Positions 38,357 to 48,809 of a DNA stretch of 64,000 bases are shown here, in pieces. Source of the stretch: Azolla caroliniana (taxonomy: Eukaryota; Plantae; Polypodiophyta); assembly GCA_043228905.1 (NCBI GenBank), contig JBHGNT010000007.1, positions 13,454,001 through 13,518,000 of the forward strand, in the 5' to 3' direction. The position numbers and the translations under genes are program-made. The number at the start of each line of letters is the position of its first letter. The first letter of the stretch is position 1. Below the pieces are notes generated by a model. The model was not told the origin of the DNA and did not search any database. It was given only the letters and a program-made list of their open reading frames with translations.

Positions 38357-38459
38357 TCCTTCTCTGTGATTTCTGCGTTTTATCGAACTGTCGTAATTCC
38401 GAACCGTGTACTCAGTGTCTTATGCATACACTTCCGCATACATATTCTTTTACAGTTCT

Positions 38460-40630
38460 CATGAAGGGAATCCATCTCATCCTACATGGCCCTCAACCAC
38501 TTCCGGTTGTGGGTGTCTTTCTTTGCTTCTTCGAAGCTTTTCGGCTCCCCTTCATCAGTTAATAGCACATGCTCTGTATTCGGAAATCTTCGGGGGGCTC
38601 TTCTCTCTCTTACAGGATATCTCCGTCCTTGATTTTCGACTACTGGTTCCTCCATTTGCTCCAAATCCGAATCTGATTTGGGGTCCGGCTAACTTTCAGT
38701 TTTCAACCAAGTAAGTCCTTGTGTCCTCAAACCGGTTTTCATTGGTTGATCCGTAGTCCATCATTTTCTTCTCCGACTCCCAGTCGGCAATGGTCTTGTC
38801 TTCCATGAAGACTATGTCTTGACTCTGGAACACCTTCTTGTCGACTAGATCCCACACTCAGTAACCGAACTCATCATCGCCGTATCCAAGGAATATGCAT
38901 GGCCGCAACTTCAGGTGAAACTTTGCTCTCTTGTCCTTTGCGACATGCACATATGCGAGACACCCGAACACCTTCAGATGCTGGTAAGACACGTCTTTAC
39001 CGGCCCATGATCTTTGTGGTGTGTCTCTTTCCAAGGGTGCTGAGGGTGATCTGTTAATCACGGACGTCATCGTCATTGGTGCCTCAGCTCAAAACTTCTT
39101 GGATAACTTTGCATGTGTTAGCATGCTTCAGACTCTTTCCATTCTGGTCTGGTTCACCCGTTCATCCATTCTGGTCTGGTTCATCCATTCAGCCAACCCG
39201 TTCAATTTTGGCGTCTTCGGGACGGTGAATTTGAGCCAGATTCCCTTCGATCGGTAGTACTCCTTGAACTGCCCCCAGTATTTGCCTTTGTTATTTGCTC
39301 GAACCGCCTTTAGCTTCCAACCGGTTTCCCTTTCCACTCTTGCATGGAGCTCCTTGAAGACGAACAACACTTGATCCTTCGTCTTCAATGGTGAGACCCA
39401 CAACTTCCGGCTGTGGTCTTCTATGAACGTCACGAAGTACTGCGATCCGGCATGTGACTTCGTGTCCACTTGATACACATCGGTATGCACCAGCTCTAGT
39501 GATGCATTCCGTCTTATCGGTAGTCTTGACCGGAAGGAGGTTCGGTTTTGCTTGTTGGCCAAGCAATCGGTACATTTCTCAAGATGCACGTCTTTCACCT
39601 CCGGAATGAGGTTATCTTCGGCAAGTCTTCTCATCCCCTTTTGGCTCATATGACACAGTCTCTTGTGCCATAGCTCACCGGCATTGTTGGATGCTACATT
39701 CACTTCTTCTTGGCATATCCAGGCGTGCATCAGGTACAACGTGCTAATCTTCTAGGCTCGAGCCGCGATAAGGTTTCAGTTGCTTGAATTTCATGACTCC
39801 GTTTCAGATGCTACCCCTGTAGACTTCATCATCTAGCCGACCAGCTGATATCAAGTTCAACCGAACCTTCGGAATGTGTCAAACATCCTTCAACAGTAGC
39901 TTGCACCCGATTGATGTCGTTAACCACGCATCTCCCATGCTGACAATTCAGCATGACCCTTCATTCCTCATCCGGACACGACTGTGATCTCCGCCAGTGT
40001 AGGATGAGAAGCATTTCCGCTCCGACGTCAGGTGGAACGATGCTCCGGAATCGACAACCCACGTTGTCTTGACGCCGACAAGGTTGAACTCATTCTCCTC
40101 AGTGATGAGAAACAATTCTTCTTCACTTTTTGTGATCACCGAAGTTCCATTCCGATACGGACCTCTCCGGTACGAACCATTTCAGTCCGAACTCTTCTTC
40201 GAATCGGTGCTGTCGGTCCCTTTCTTTTTCCGGAAGTGCTGACAGTTCTTGTGGATGTGTCTTGGCTTCCCACAATAGAAGCAAGTAGGCCTCCCCCTTG
40301 ACTTTGACCTTGTCCCCGACTTCTCCTGGTTCTGGGGACTTTGGTGCCGGTTTCTCCCTCGTTGTGTGTCGGATTCGGAAATAAGGGCTTTTGGGTCGGA
40401 GATCACTTCCTTGTCTTTCCAACGAAGCATATGAAGCATATGATGTATACCGTCGACTTCATGTGCATCACCTCCCATGTTGTGGCATCGATCTTGTCCG
40501 GTTTCTTGTCCCCGAACTATGCCTGGAGCCAGAGATCTTTGACCACGAGCATTTCCCTCATCTTCGACTTCCACACAGGGTAGTTGGAGCCGGTGAGCTT
40601 GAACATGCTTCCAAATGAGTCTTCCATTTT
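38460..40630 (-). pseudogene. pol: Copia B gag-PR-INT remnant
   Basis: CFYCGKPRHIHKNC, WVVDSGASFH, LWHKRLCHMS, ELVHTDV, VFGCLAYVHV. Confidence 0.87.
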
Positions 40631-40652
40631 CTTGTTCACTATGATACCAGTT

Positions 40653-41178
40653 TGTGTGGAATAGCGCTCGGCCACAACTGAGAATCAAACACTTTATGAA
40701 AGAACAAAACAAAAATGGAGGTTCGTACACTTACATAGAGGAGACAACACAGGATGTTTACATGGAAAGCCCTAATAGGGAAAAAAAACCACGGGAGTCC
40801 ACAGACTCCAACTATCACTATACGAGAAAGGAGGTACAATAGGAAACTCCGAGGCAACGACCTCGAGCTCTGTATCTTCGCAAACCAGCGGCTTCACTTA
40901 TCTCTCTCTCTGTACTACTATGATACAACTAACAACAACAACAACAACAACACTTACTTCAAATTCTAAGTCATATTTATACTTATATGACTTAAAGACT
41001 ATTTACAAATATAGCCTTTATAGGCACACCAGAAACATATTTGTAGATATGTCCCTAGATCCGGTTCACACCGGATCCATCCGGATATCTTCCGGTCTGG
41101 TCCGGTTGCTGCATCCAGTCTTGTTCCTTCCTTCAGCTCATCCGATCTGGCTCCTCCGGAGGGACCGAATTCCCAACA
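40653..41178 (-). repeat. Copia B 5' LTR
   Basis: TGTGTGGAATAG...TTCCCAACA, adjacent to the PBS. Confidence 0.9.
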
Positions 41179-41259
41179 TATCGGACATACTCAACGAGGA
41201 TTGACGGGGCTATTCCGTGGGTTCAACGTAGAATGTACTGTCCCATGGGTGTTGCCATG

Positions 41260-41734
41260 TGTTGGCCAGTGGCCGGAGTATGAAAGACAAGTGGGGGATG
41301 AGTCGGAAATGGAATTTAAGTTATTAGTATTAGTTATTAATTAGCTAGAATTAATATAGGAACGAACGGATTTGGAAGAGTTGCACCGATCCATATCTGG
41401 ACCGATTCGTAACAAGTGGCCGATATGACACCGATTTGTAAACAGAACCGAATGCCTATAAAAGGATTTGAAGAATGATGTATTAAGGGACAAATTTAAG
41501 ATAAGTAAAGTTGTCTTTAAGATTATTGTGTATCTACTTACTTTCCGTTCTGTGCTTACTATCTTATCTTATGCATGTAATCAATTCGTGTATGTTGTTA
41601 ATCCAGAACCGATCCACAATTAGCTATATAAAGTGATAACTGGGTCAGAACCATCAACCCCGTAACCACCCCCTTTGGTGAAGTGATCCAGAAGGACACC
41701 CTGTGTTAGTGACTAGTCTAGCCTAGGATTAACA
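41260..41734 (+). repeat. G2 3' LTR
   Basis: TGTTGGCC...ATTAACA. Shares CCCTTTGGTGAAGTG..GACACC.TGTGTTAG with the G1 LTR and follows the ORF3 stop and tRNA-like motif as in G1. Confidence 0.8.
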
Positions 41735-41789
41735 CAAGGTGTTTGGAACCGACAAGTTGCAACACTTCTCGGAGATGCTTGGTATTTAA

Positions 41790-43724
41790 CATCTAGATGT
41801 GCCATACTTGAGGAGGAGAAAAGAGGAAACCGGAACGGAAACCGGTAAAATAGCCAGAGGCACCGAACAATTAGCCGGAGAGAAGGAAACAACCGAAACA
41901 GGGGGAGACAAGAAGAAAAAGGGAGCCGAGTTGAATGAAGAAATCAGCACAGCTGAAAGAGTTAGAACAAGCGACAATGGGGGCAGAGTCAAGAAGGACC
42001 AGAAGAAGAAGCCCAAGGCCCGGACATGGTCTGACATGGTAAACCTCGCCTCAGAGTTAGAACAAGCAACAATGGGGGCAGAGTCAAGAAGGATAGAGCC
42101 GACCAAAAGAAGAAGCCCAATACCCGGACATGATCTGACATGGTCTGACATCACATGCTAGACAGAGGAGCGCATAAGGAAAAAACCTCACCGCGACGTC
42201 AAGCAAGAAGTTCTATCACCACACAAGTACAGTGATCTTTCCCTGCCCACCATTGCATCCAGAATGACATTCTCCTACCCATGCTTTAATGGCGAGACAA
42301 ACGCCACAAGCCACATCCGCTTATTCCTGAACGTTTGGAACGCAAATCACATGGCGCAACGATTTCCAGAAGAGGAAGCGCACCAGTAAAAAATGACAGA
42401 GTTTGGTTTAACTCTGGATGGTAGAGCCACGTTTTGGCATTCACAGATGGATCTACCAACAATCCACACCTTCGACCAATTGTACTTAGCATTTCTGCGA
42501 TTTTTTCATCGGAGGGTACCGCAACGCGAAATCATCGGGCAGTTCTATATAATCAAGCAGCTGCCAGTAGAATCGGTTGCAGACTTTATCTTACGCTTCC
42601 AAAATCTATGGAGGAAATTAGAACGGGCGCCGACAGATGACGAGGCTAGGGAGACGTTTTTGGCAGCCCTGCGGCGGCCTATCAGGATGATGCTCAACAC
42701 ACGTAGTGTGAAAGGGGAAACAACCGACATGGTCATCGAGCGAGCATTACAGCTTGAATTGGATGAGGAGGAGGAAGAATTTTCTCTTTCCTCATTATGA
42801 TAGGCGTTGCCTCAGGACGAGGAACACCACTTTCGTTAGGCTATTCAGTGCACGATTTGCCTCAATTCCAGGCATTCCACGGTGGAATGCAATATGCGAA
42901 TTCACTGCCTAATTTGCCACTCAAAGGCACACACGGTCAAGCAATGTGAGTACAATATGTTGAACAGACCTACGCCCACATTACGACATGTAGAACCACA
43001 ACGACCACCTCGCCGAAATGAGTCGGGGCACCAAGAGGAATGACCCCGATATGCGGATCAGAATCCACACAATTACTGGCACTATCGTAATCGCCGGAAT
43101 AACAACGATTCCGATGAAGAGGAGCCGGAGGAAGAAGAATATCGGGGCAACCACCGATATAATAAAGGAGGGTGTTGTTACAACAACCACAGTTCGACGA
43201 ATAAGCATGGTGGATTCAATGGGTTGTGCTCACAAGGAAAGCATCGATAGTATAGGGACCAACAACGTCACGACGAAAGTTCGGAGGATGACCGGCGCTA
43301 GGAGTCATGTAGGGACCAACCGCAAACACCCCGGAATCCCAGGAGGAGCCAATGACGCTTTGGGATAGGAATTCGTCACTAGCTGCAGAGAAAGGAGACT
43401 CGCCGTAAATACGATTACAGTAGAAGTTCAGTAGGTCACGACATGGCAACAAACAAAGAATGTGGAGTGGGCTGCACAAGATGAGGTACGCAAAGCAGCC
43501 CAAGCATGGGTAGAAAAAGCAAATGCGGCCAATACGACGCGTATGCGGCAGGACTCCGCAAAGAAGGATGGGCCGATAGAAGAAAACATCATATCCCCGG
43601 ACCCCATATGGCAAGCACTGGCGGGTTGCGAAATAACCATAACTATGGAAAAACTCCTTCAACTAGTTCCACGATTTCGGCAAACCGTCGAAGATCGCAT
43701 AACAGGCAAGCCTGGTATAAACGT
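41790..43724 (+). pseudogene. gag: G4: degenerate gag of the G1 lineage, truncated by the X2 LTR
   Basis: EFGLTLDGRATFW, IKQLPVESVADFILRF, IQCTICLNS.HSTVEC, WQALAGCEITITMEKLLQLVPRF, all homologous to G1 gag. Confidence 0.85.
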
Positions 43725-43920
43725 TGTCGCGGTATTCCACGAGTACGTGTAGGATCCAAGGTGGGACCGCAAGGGTCTTGGACTAGGGAGTAGAGAGTAT
43801 CAGGAGACTGACTCCCTCTGTGACCGGCCGCACCAGAGTAGCACAAACCCCGAACGTTACCGGTTGGGTACATGAGGCTACTGAACAAAAGAGAGGGCGA
43901 GATGGATAGAGAGAGCTACG
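43725..43920 (-). repeat. X2: partial LTR of family X
   Basis: TGTCGCGG..GGGACCGCAAGGGTCTTGGACTAGGGAG as in the other X LTRs. Preceded by ACGT. Confidence 0.7.
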
Positions 43921-45030
43921 TCTATGCCTAACGGGTTGTAGCCCGTGTACGATCCTGGTTCTCATATCGTTTTCTCAGTGTAGAAGAGGCTTCCATGTAA
44001 CACGATCCCTTGATACCAATAGCATGTGGGCTCATCGAAGGTGTTTCCCCAGAAACGGTTAACACAATTTGGCACGCCCGGTTACAGCTATAAGGTCACA
44101 GCGAACTACGTTGGATGCAAACCTTAGCTGCCATTACAGTGCCCAATCGCATCACGCGGTCTCGGCCACCTGCCCGATGCCCTGAGCCAGTCGAAGGAAC
44201 TTCCAACTCGGCAGTCACTGACCAATCTTTCCAGGAACTATCGGAGGGTCACCGGTAGCAATCCTCGCCACCCGATACCCAGTCGCGAGTTGATTCCGCA
44301 CCAACCTCCCTGCCAACCGGACCCTAACCCTTTTCTGGCTTTACCTGAAGAACCGGATCTCAACACCATGCCTTACCCTTATCCACGATATACAGACGGC
44401 CCCGATGTAGAATCGCACACCCGTGCTTTCGTGTCCACATGGTAGGCCAACCACTCGACGCAACGGTTATCGCATGTTGAGATCGAGTCCTCCAAAATCG
44501 AGGAATTTGCTCTATCCCTGGATGGCCCAACTGCTCGATGGTACTCCCACCTCGACATGGGGGAGGTCACAACGTTCCAGGACGTCTGAACAAAGTTTCT
44601 AGAATTATTTCACCGCGAAGTTCTGAAGCGTGAACTGCTTCGGCAATTCTATTCCATGAGCCAAGAACCTCACAAGACGGTTGCCCAGTTCACGATCCAG
44701 TTTCAGGATCTCTATCGACAATTGGCCGACGATGTCTCCGCTCATCACATTCCGGATACCTTCTTGTCCAGCCTACGGGAGCCTCTACGGACGACTCTCG
44801 CACTTACCAATTTCTCTAACCAAACAATCGAGAAAGTCGAGCAAACAATCGTCGTCGGGAACCTCCTCCAAACGTACCACACAACTCTCTTCCCCATAAC
44901 GCGCCACGGGCCAACACGCCTACTCCAGCGGTTGGGAACCACTCACACCCTCTCCCACATGGTATCGTTTACTTGCTTTAAGTGTAACCAACGCGGCCAC
45001 TATGCTACCCAATGCCCAACCACGGACCGC

Positions 45031-48000
45031 TGTCGCGTTGTTACGCGCGTGCGTGGAGAAAGGCGGGACCACGGGGATCTTGGACTAGGGAGCGACGGAG
45101 CGTAGGAAGTCGCACTTCACCGTTTCTGGGGCACCCCTGAAATGCATCGGAAGCAGCCAAAGGGAGAGAGGGAGTGAGAGAGCGTGCTTGACACCGACTC
45201 ACGCGTGCACGCACACACAGACACACACACGCACACACACACACACACATGCCCTCTTGTACAAGAAACGCAGGGAAGGAGGGGAGCACCCGACACCAAC
45301 AAGACGCTAATATACACAGACAGACGCAAACGTATATGTATATATATATATAAGAAGAATACACTCCCGGCTTCGAGCCGGACTGAGGTAGGTTATAGTA
45401 GTCGCGGGCTCGTCGAGCCGAGCGGGGTCTTGCGCAGGAGATGAGCTGAAGCCAACCCTAAACGAACACGAAGGGGAAGAAGAAGAAGTAGAAGAAACCT
45501 AACCCTAAACCTACCGGTATACCCTCTAATGCAAAAATGGGCAACCCTTTTTCAAAGGGCGTTCCCTCCCTTTTATAGAATAAGGAGAGGGATGCGTTAC
45601 AATGTGGGACAAATCCCGACTTTCATGGGATCGTCTGTCCCAACTTGACTACTCTTCGGCGCCATAAAGGCGCCCTCGATATTCACACTAAATGTACATG
45701 GGTGCGGTGCGTACACACGCTGCACCCCGCCGATGTAGCCAATGTTTCCCGGTTTTCGCCTATGGCCGAAACTCTTCACGACATCCGCCCCCACCTAACT
45801 GCACGTCCACCGGTACGTGCCAATCTGGTTGAAGGGTGAGAGATTTCGGCCGGTGAGAAACCGGTCTCTCGTGATCCGCATCTCCGCTCGCTGTTGGTTT
45901 GATCCGGCGGCTTCGAGTCTTCCTTCGCGCTCGCCTCCCCGTAGGCTTGTGCGACCCGTCGATGGGTCCTCTGCCGCGATCTCCGTAGCACGCGTTCTTC
46001 CGTTGGCCCTTGTTCGGCCGTATGAACGCCCCGCTTCCCGCCGTATGCCCGATGTCCTCCACTAGAGGAATGCCCGTGGCAGCCCGCTTGGCCTCCGTTG
46101 TCGAATCGTGATGTCCCGATGGTGTTTCGCGTCGCCGTCGTCCTTCCGCCGCCACCTTCCTTCTCCATGGTCTTACATTGCTGCGTCGGCTCGATCCGCC
46201 ATGGTCTCTGGAACGGTGTGGAGGATCCCTTTCCGGCCTTCTCCATGCTCGCCTTTCTGCTCCGGCACCTCCATGTGCCACATACCCTCGTCTGTTGTTT
46301 GGCACTGCCCGTGTTGCACTCCTCGTCGGCCCCTTTCCGGCTAGATCGTGCATCGCTGTTCACCCGCATACCAGTGTCCTTTGCATCCGAGGAACACCCC
46401 GTAGTAGCCCGCTTGGCCCTTCCCGTCTTCGTGCTGCTGCAACAGGTCCTGAGTCTTCCGCTTGCTGTCGTCCCCTCACCCCCACCAGCTTGTCACCCCG
46501 GCTTGCCGTGTTAGTCTTCGTTTCTTCGACGGAGCTACCGAGATCTACGAAGCGAGTGTGGAGGATCCTCCTCCGGCCTCTCTTGCCATCATGGTTCCGA
46601 CCCTGTGCAGTCCACTAGGCACTTGTCACTTCGTTCTTGGCAGCTCCCTTGTGCTGTCTTCCGCTTCCTTCGTTCGGCCCCGCCCGCGCCAAACACCGTC
46701 CCGTAGTCACGCTTCGATCCGGCCCGCGATGGCCACTTGCGAGACTCTTGTTTTGCCCAAGGTGTGCCTTTCCGGCCTGACACACCTCTCCGTGTTTGCC
46801 CCTACCAGCTCCTTCCGAACCTCGTGCCGTCGGGTCCCGTTCCCTGCCGCCACCGTCCTTCTCCCTCGGTCTCACGTTGCCACGTTGGCCGAATTGCCAG
46901 AGCCTCTGGATCGGTGTGAGGGTCACATAGGACCGGACTCCGTTTCTATGCTTGCCGTAAGTCGGGTGTCTTTTGTTTGAGTCCCTCCCGGACTCTCCTC
47001 GTGTCTTCCGCGTAGTCGGGTCCCGAACTCCCTCATGTCCGCTCGAATCGGCGATCGCCGCCTCACCGTCCCCGACCTCGTCCTCGGTCGATCTTTCTCC
47101 GCATGTCGAGAGGGCGTTTCGTTCCGCACCCTGTCCCGTGGTACCGTGGTACCGATCTTCCGCCGTCGCGTGGGGTAGGTCCGTATCCTCGGTCTCAGCT
47201 TCTGGCCTCGATCCTCCCTCTTCCTCGAGCATCGCTTTGAGCGCTGCGTACGCCTCCGCAATCCTGGCCCCAACGCCGACCCTTGCCGACTCTCCCTGCC
47301 ATTCGGCCTCTTCCCGTTGTGATGGCACGTCGTCGCGTACCTTCCCCTTAGCCTTCTCGGCTCGCTTGTTGTCTAGCCTTTGGCACACCCTTCCGACCTT
47401 CGACCAGTCCTCCGTAAGCCCATTCGCTCCATCATCGTCTTCGAGCTCAATCCTGATGGCTTCCCGTTCCGCTCGGTCGATCAACCTGACGAACAAAAGG
47501 ACTTTGTCCGCCCCCACCAAACCTTGTTCCCGCTCTGGGAACCGAGCAAGTCGTCGCTCGAAATCCCGGAACTCCTTCATCGCACCCCGGTGGGTCTTTG
47601 CTGATGCTACCCACTGGTCGAAGTGGTGTCGTCCCCGGTTCTTCCGCCGTCCTCCGTATGCCTTCAGGAGTGCCTCTTCGAAGGCCTCCCACGAACCATG
47701 AGCCTCACGGAGCTCCATTACTTCCGCATGCATCCGGACAACTACGACCCGGCAGAAGAACTCCAGCCTCAATGCCTCGTCTATGCCACGCTCTTCCATT
47801 TCCGCGTTGTAGGCTTCCAAGTAAGATGGGACTTTGTCCCCGTTGAAACGGCCGACTCTTTCGACCACTCGCCCAACCACTTGTTGCGCTGCTTCTCGCC
47901 TCATCACCACTCGTGCCGACTCCAACACCACTTCGGCCACCATCTCCGCAAGGTTGTCGTCTTCCGACTCCATCCTCCCTTGCCGCCTTTCACGTCGGGT

Positions 48001-48803
48001 TCACCAAAGATGTTGCGTTGTTACGCGCCTGCGTGGAGAAAGGCGGGACCACGGGGGTCTTGGACTAGGGAGCGACGGAGCGTAGGAAGTTGCACTTCAC
48101 TGTTTCTGAGGCACCCCTGAAACGCACCGGAAGCAACCGAAGGGAGAGAGGGAGTGAGAGAGCGTACTTGACACCGACTCACGCGCGCGCGCACACACAC
48201 ACACACACACGCACGCACACACACACACACACGCACGCACGCACACACGCCCTCTTGTACAGGAAACGCAGGGAAGGAGGGGAGCACCCGACACCAACAA
48301 GACGCCAATATACACAGACAAACGCAAATGTATATGTATATATATAAAAGAAGAATACACTCCCGGCTTTGAGCCAGACTGAGGTAGGTTACAATAGTCG
48401 TCTGCTGCCAAGCCACCATCGGGGAGCTCACGGGCTCGTCGCGCCGAGCGGGGTCTTGCGTAGGAGATGAGCTGAAGCCAACCCTAAACGAACACGAAGG
48501 GGAAGAAGAAGAAACAGAAGAAACCTAACCCTAAACCTATCGGTATACCCTCTAATGCAAAAATGGGCAACCCTTTTACAAAGGGCGTTCCCTCCCTTTT
48601 ATAGAACAAGGAGAGGGATGCGTTACAATGTGGGACAAATCCCGACTTTCATGGGATCGTCTGTCCCGACTTGACTACTCTTCGGCGCCATAAAGGCACC
48701 CTCGATATTCACACTAAATGTACATGGGTGCGTACACACGCTGCACCCCGCCGATGTAGCCAATGTTTCCCGGTTTTCGCCTATGGCCGAAACTCTTCAC
48801 GAC
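45031..48803 (-). mobile_element. X1: non-autonomous gag-only LTR retrotransposon (TR-GAG-like)
   Basis: ~750-790-bp LTRs (45031-45783, 48011-48803). tRNA-Trp-type PBS (minus TGGTGAACCCGACGTGA, 47990-48006). PPT-like GGTGGGGGCGGA on minus at 45784-45795. No pol in the 2.2-kb interior. Confidence 0.9.
46615..47973 (-). CDS. gag: X1 gag-like protein (452 aa)
   Basis: Starts just after the PBS. GRFNGDKVPSYLEAY..WEAFEEALLKAY..FRDFERR resembles Gypsy capsid, followed by a low-complexity tail. Confidence 0.65.
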   Translation of the reverse strand: MESEDDNLAEMVAEVVLESARVVMRREAAQQVVGRVVERVGRFNGDKVPSYLEAYNAEMEERGIDEALRLEFFCRVVVVRMHAEVMELREAHGSWEAFEEALLKAYGGRRKNRGRHHFDQWVASAKTHRGAMKEFRDFERRLARFPEREQGLVGADKVLLFVRLIDRAEREAIRIELEDDDGANGLTEDWSKVGRVCQRLDNKRAEKAKGKVRDDVPSQREEAEWQGESARVGVGARIAEAYAALKAMLEEEGGSRPEAETEDTDLPHATAEDRYHGTTGQGAERNALSTCGERSTEDEVGDGEAAIADSSGHEGVRDPTTRKTRGESGRDSNKRHPTYGKHRNGVRSYVTLTPIQRLWQFGQRGNVRPREKDGGGRERDPTARGSEGAGRGKHGEVCQAGKAHLGQNKSLASGHRGPDRSVTTGRCLARAGPNEGSGRQHKGAAKNEVTSA

Positions 48804-48809
48804 CCATCC

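Larger units (their letters stand above)
32599..38454 (+). mobile_element. Copia C, degenerate Ty1/Copia element related to Copia A
   Basis: LTRs 32599-32989 and 38011-38454. PBS TGGTATCAAAGC at 32990, PPT TGAGGGGGAG 38001-38010, TSD GTTCT (32594-32598, 38455-38459). Confidence 0.93.
13020..41178 (-). mobile_element. Copia B, degenerate Ty1/Copia LTR retrotransposon hosting Copia A and Copia C
   Basis: LTRs at 40653-41178 and 13020-13291 + 31021-~31260. tRNA-Met-type PBS (minus TGGTATCA, 40642-40649). TSD TATTG/TATCG (13015-13019, 41179-41183). Gag-PR-INT-RT-RH remnants on the minus strand. Confidence 0.88.

Noticed and set aside
45450-45515. AACCCTA(A) motifs as interstitial telomere
   Set aside because: Isolated telo-box-like motifs inside X LTRs (also ~37176-37218 and 48478-48540), not a tandem array.
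46973-47701. 242-aa antisense ORF and similar antisense ORFs over G1 and X1
   Set aside because: Shadow ORFs of GC-rich coding sequence with no recognisable motifs.
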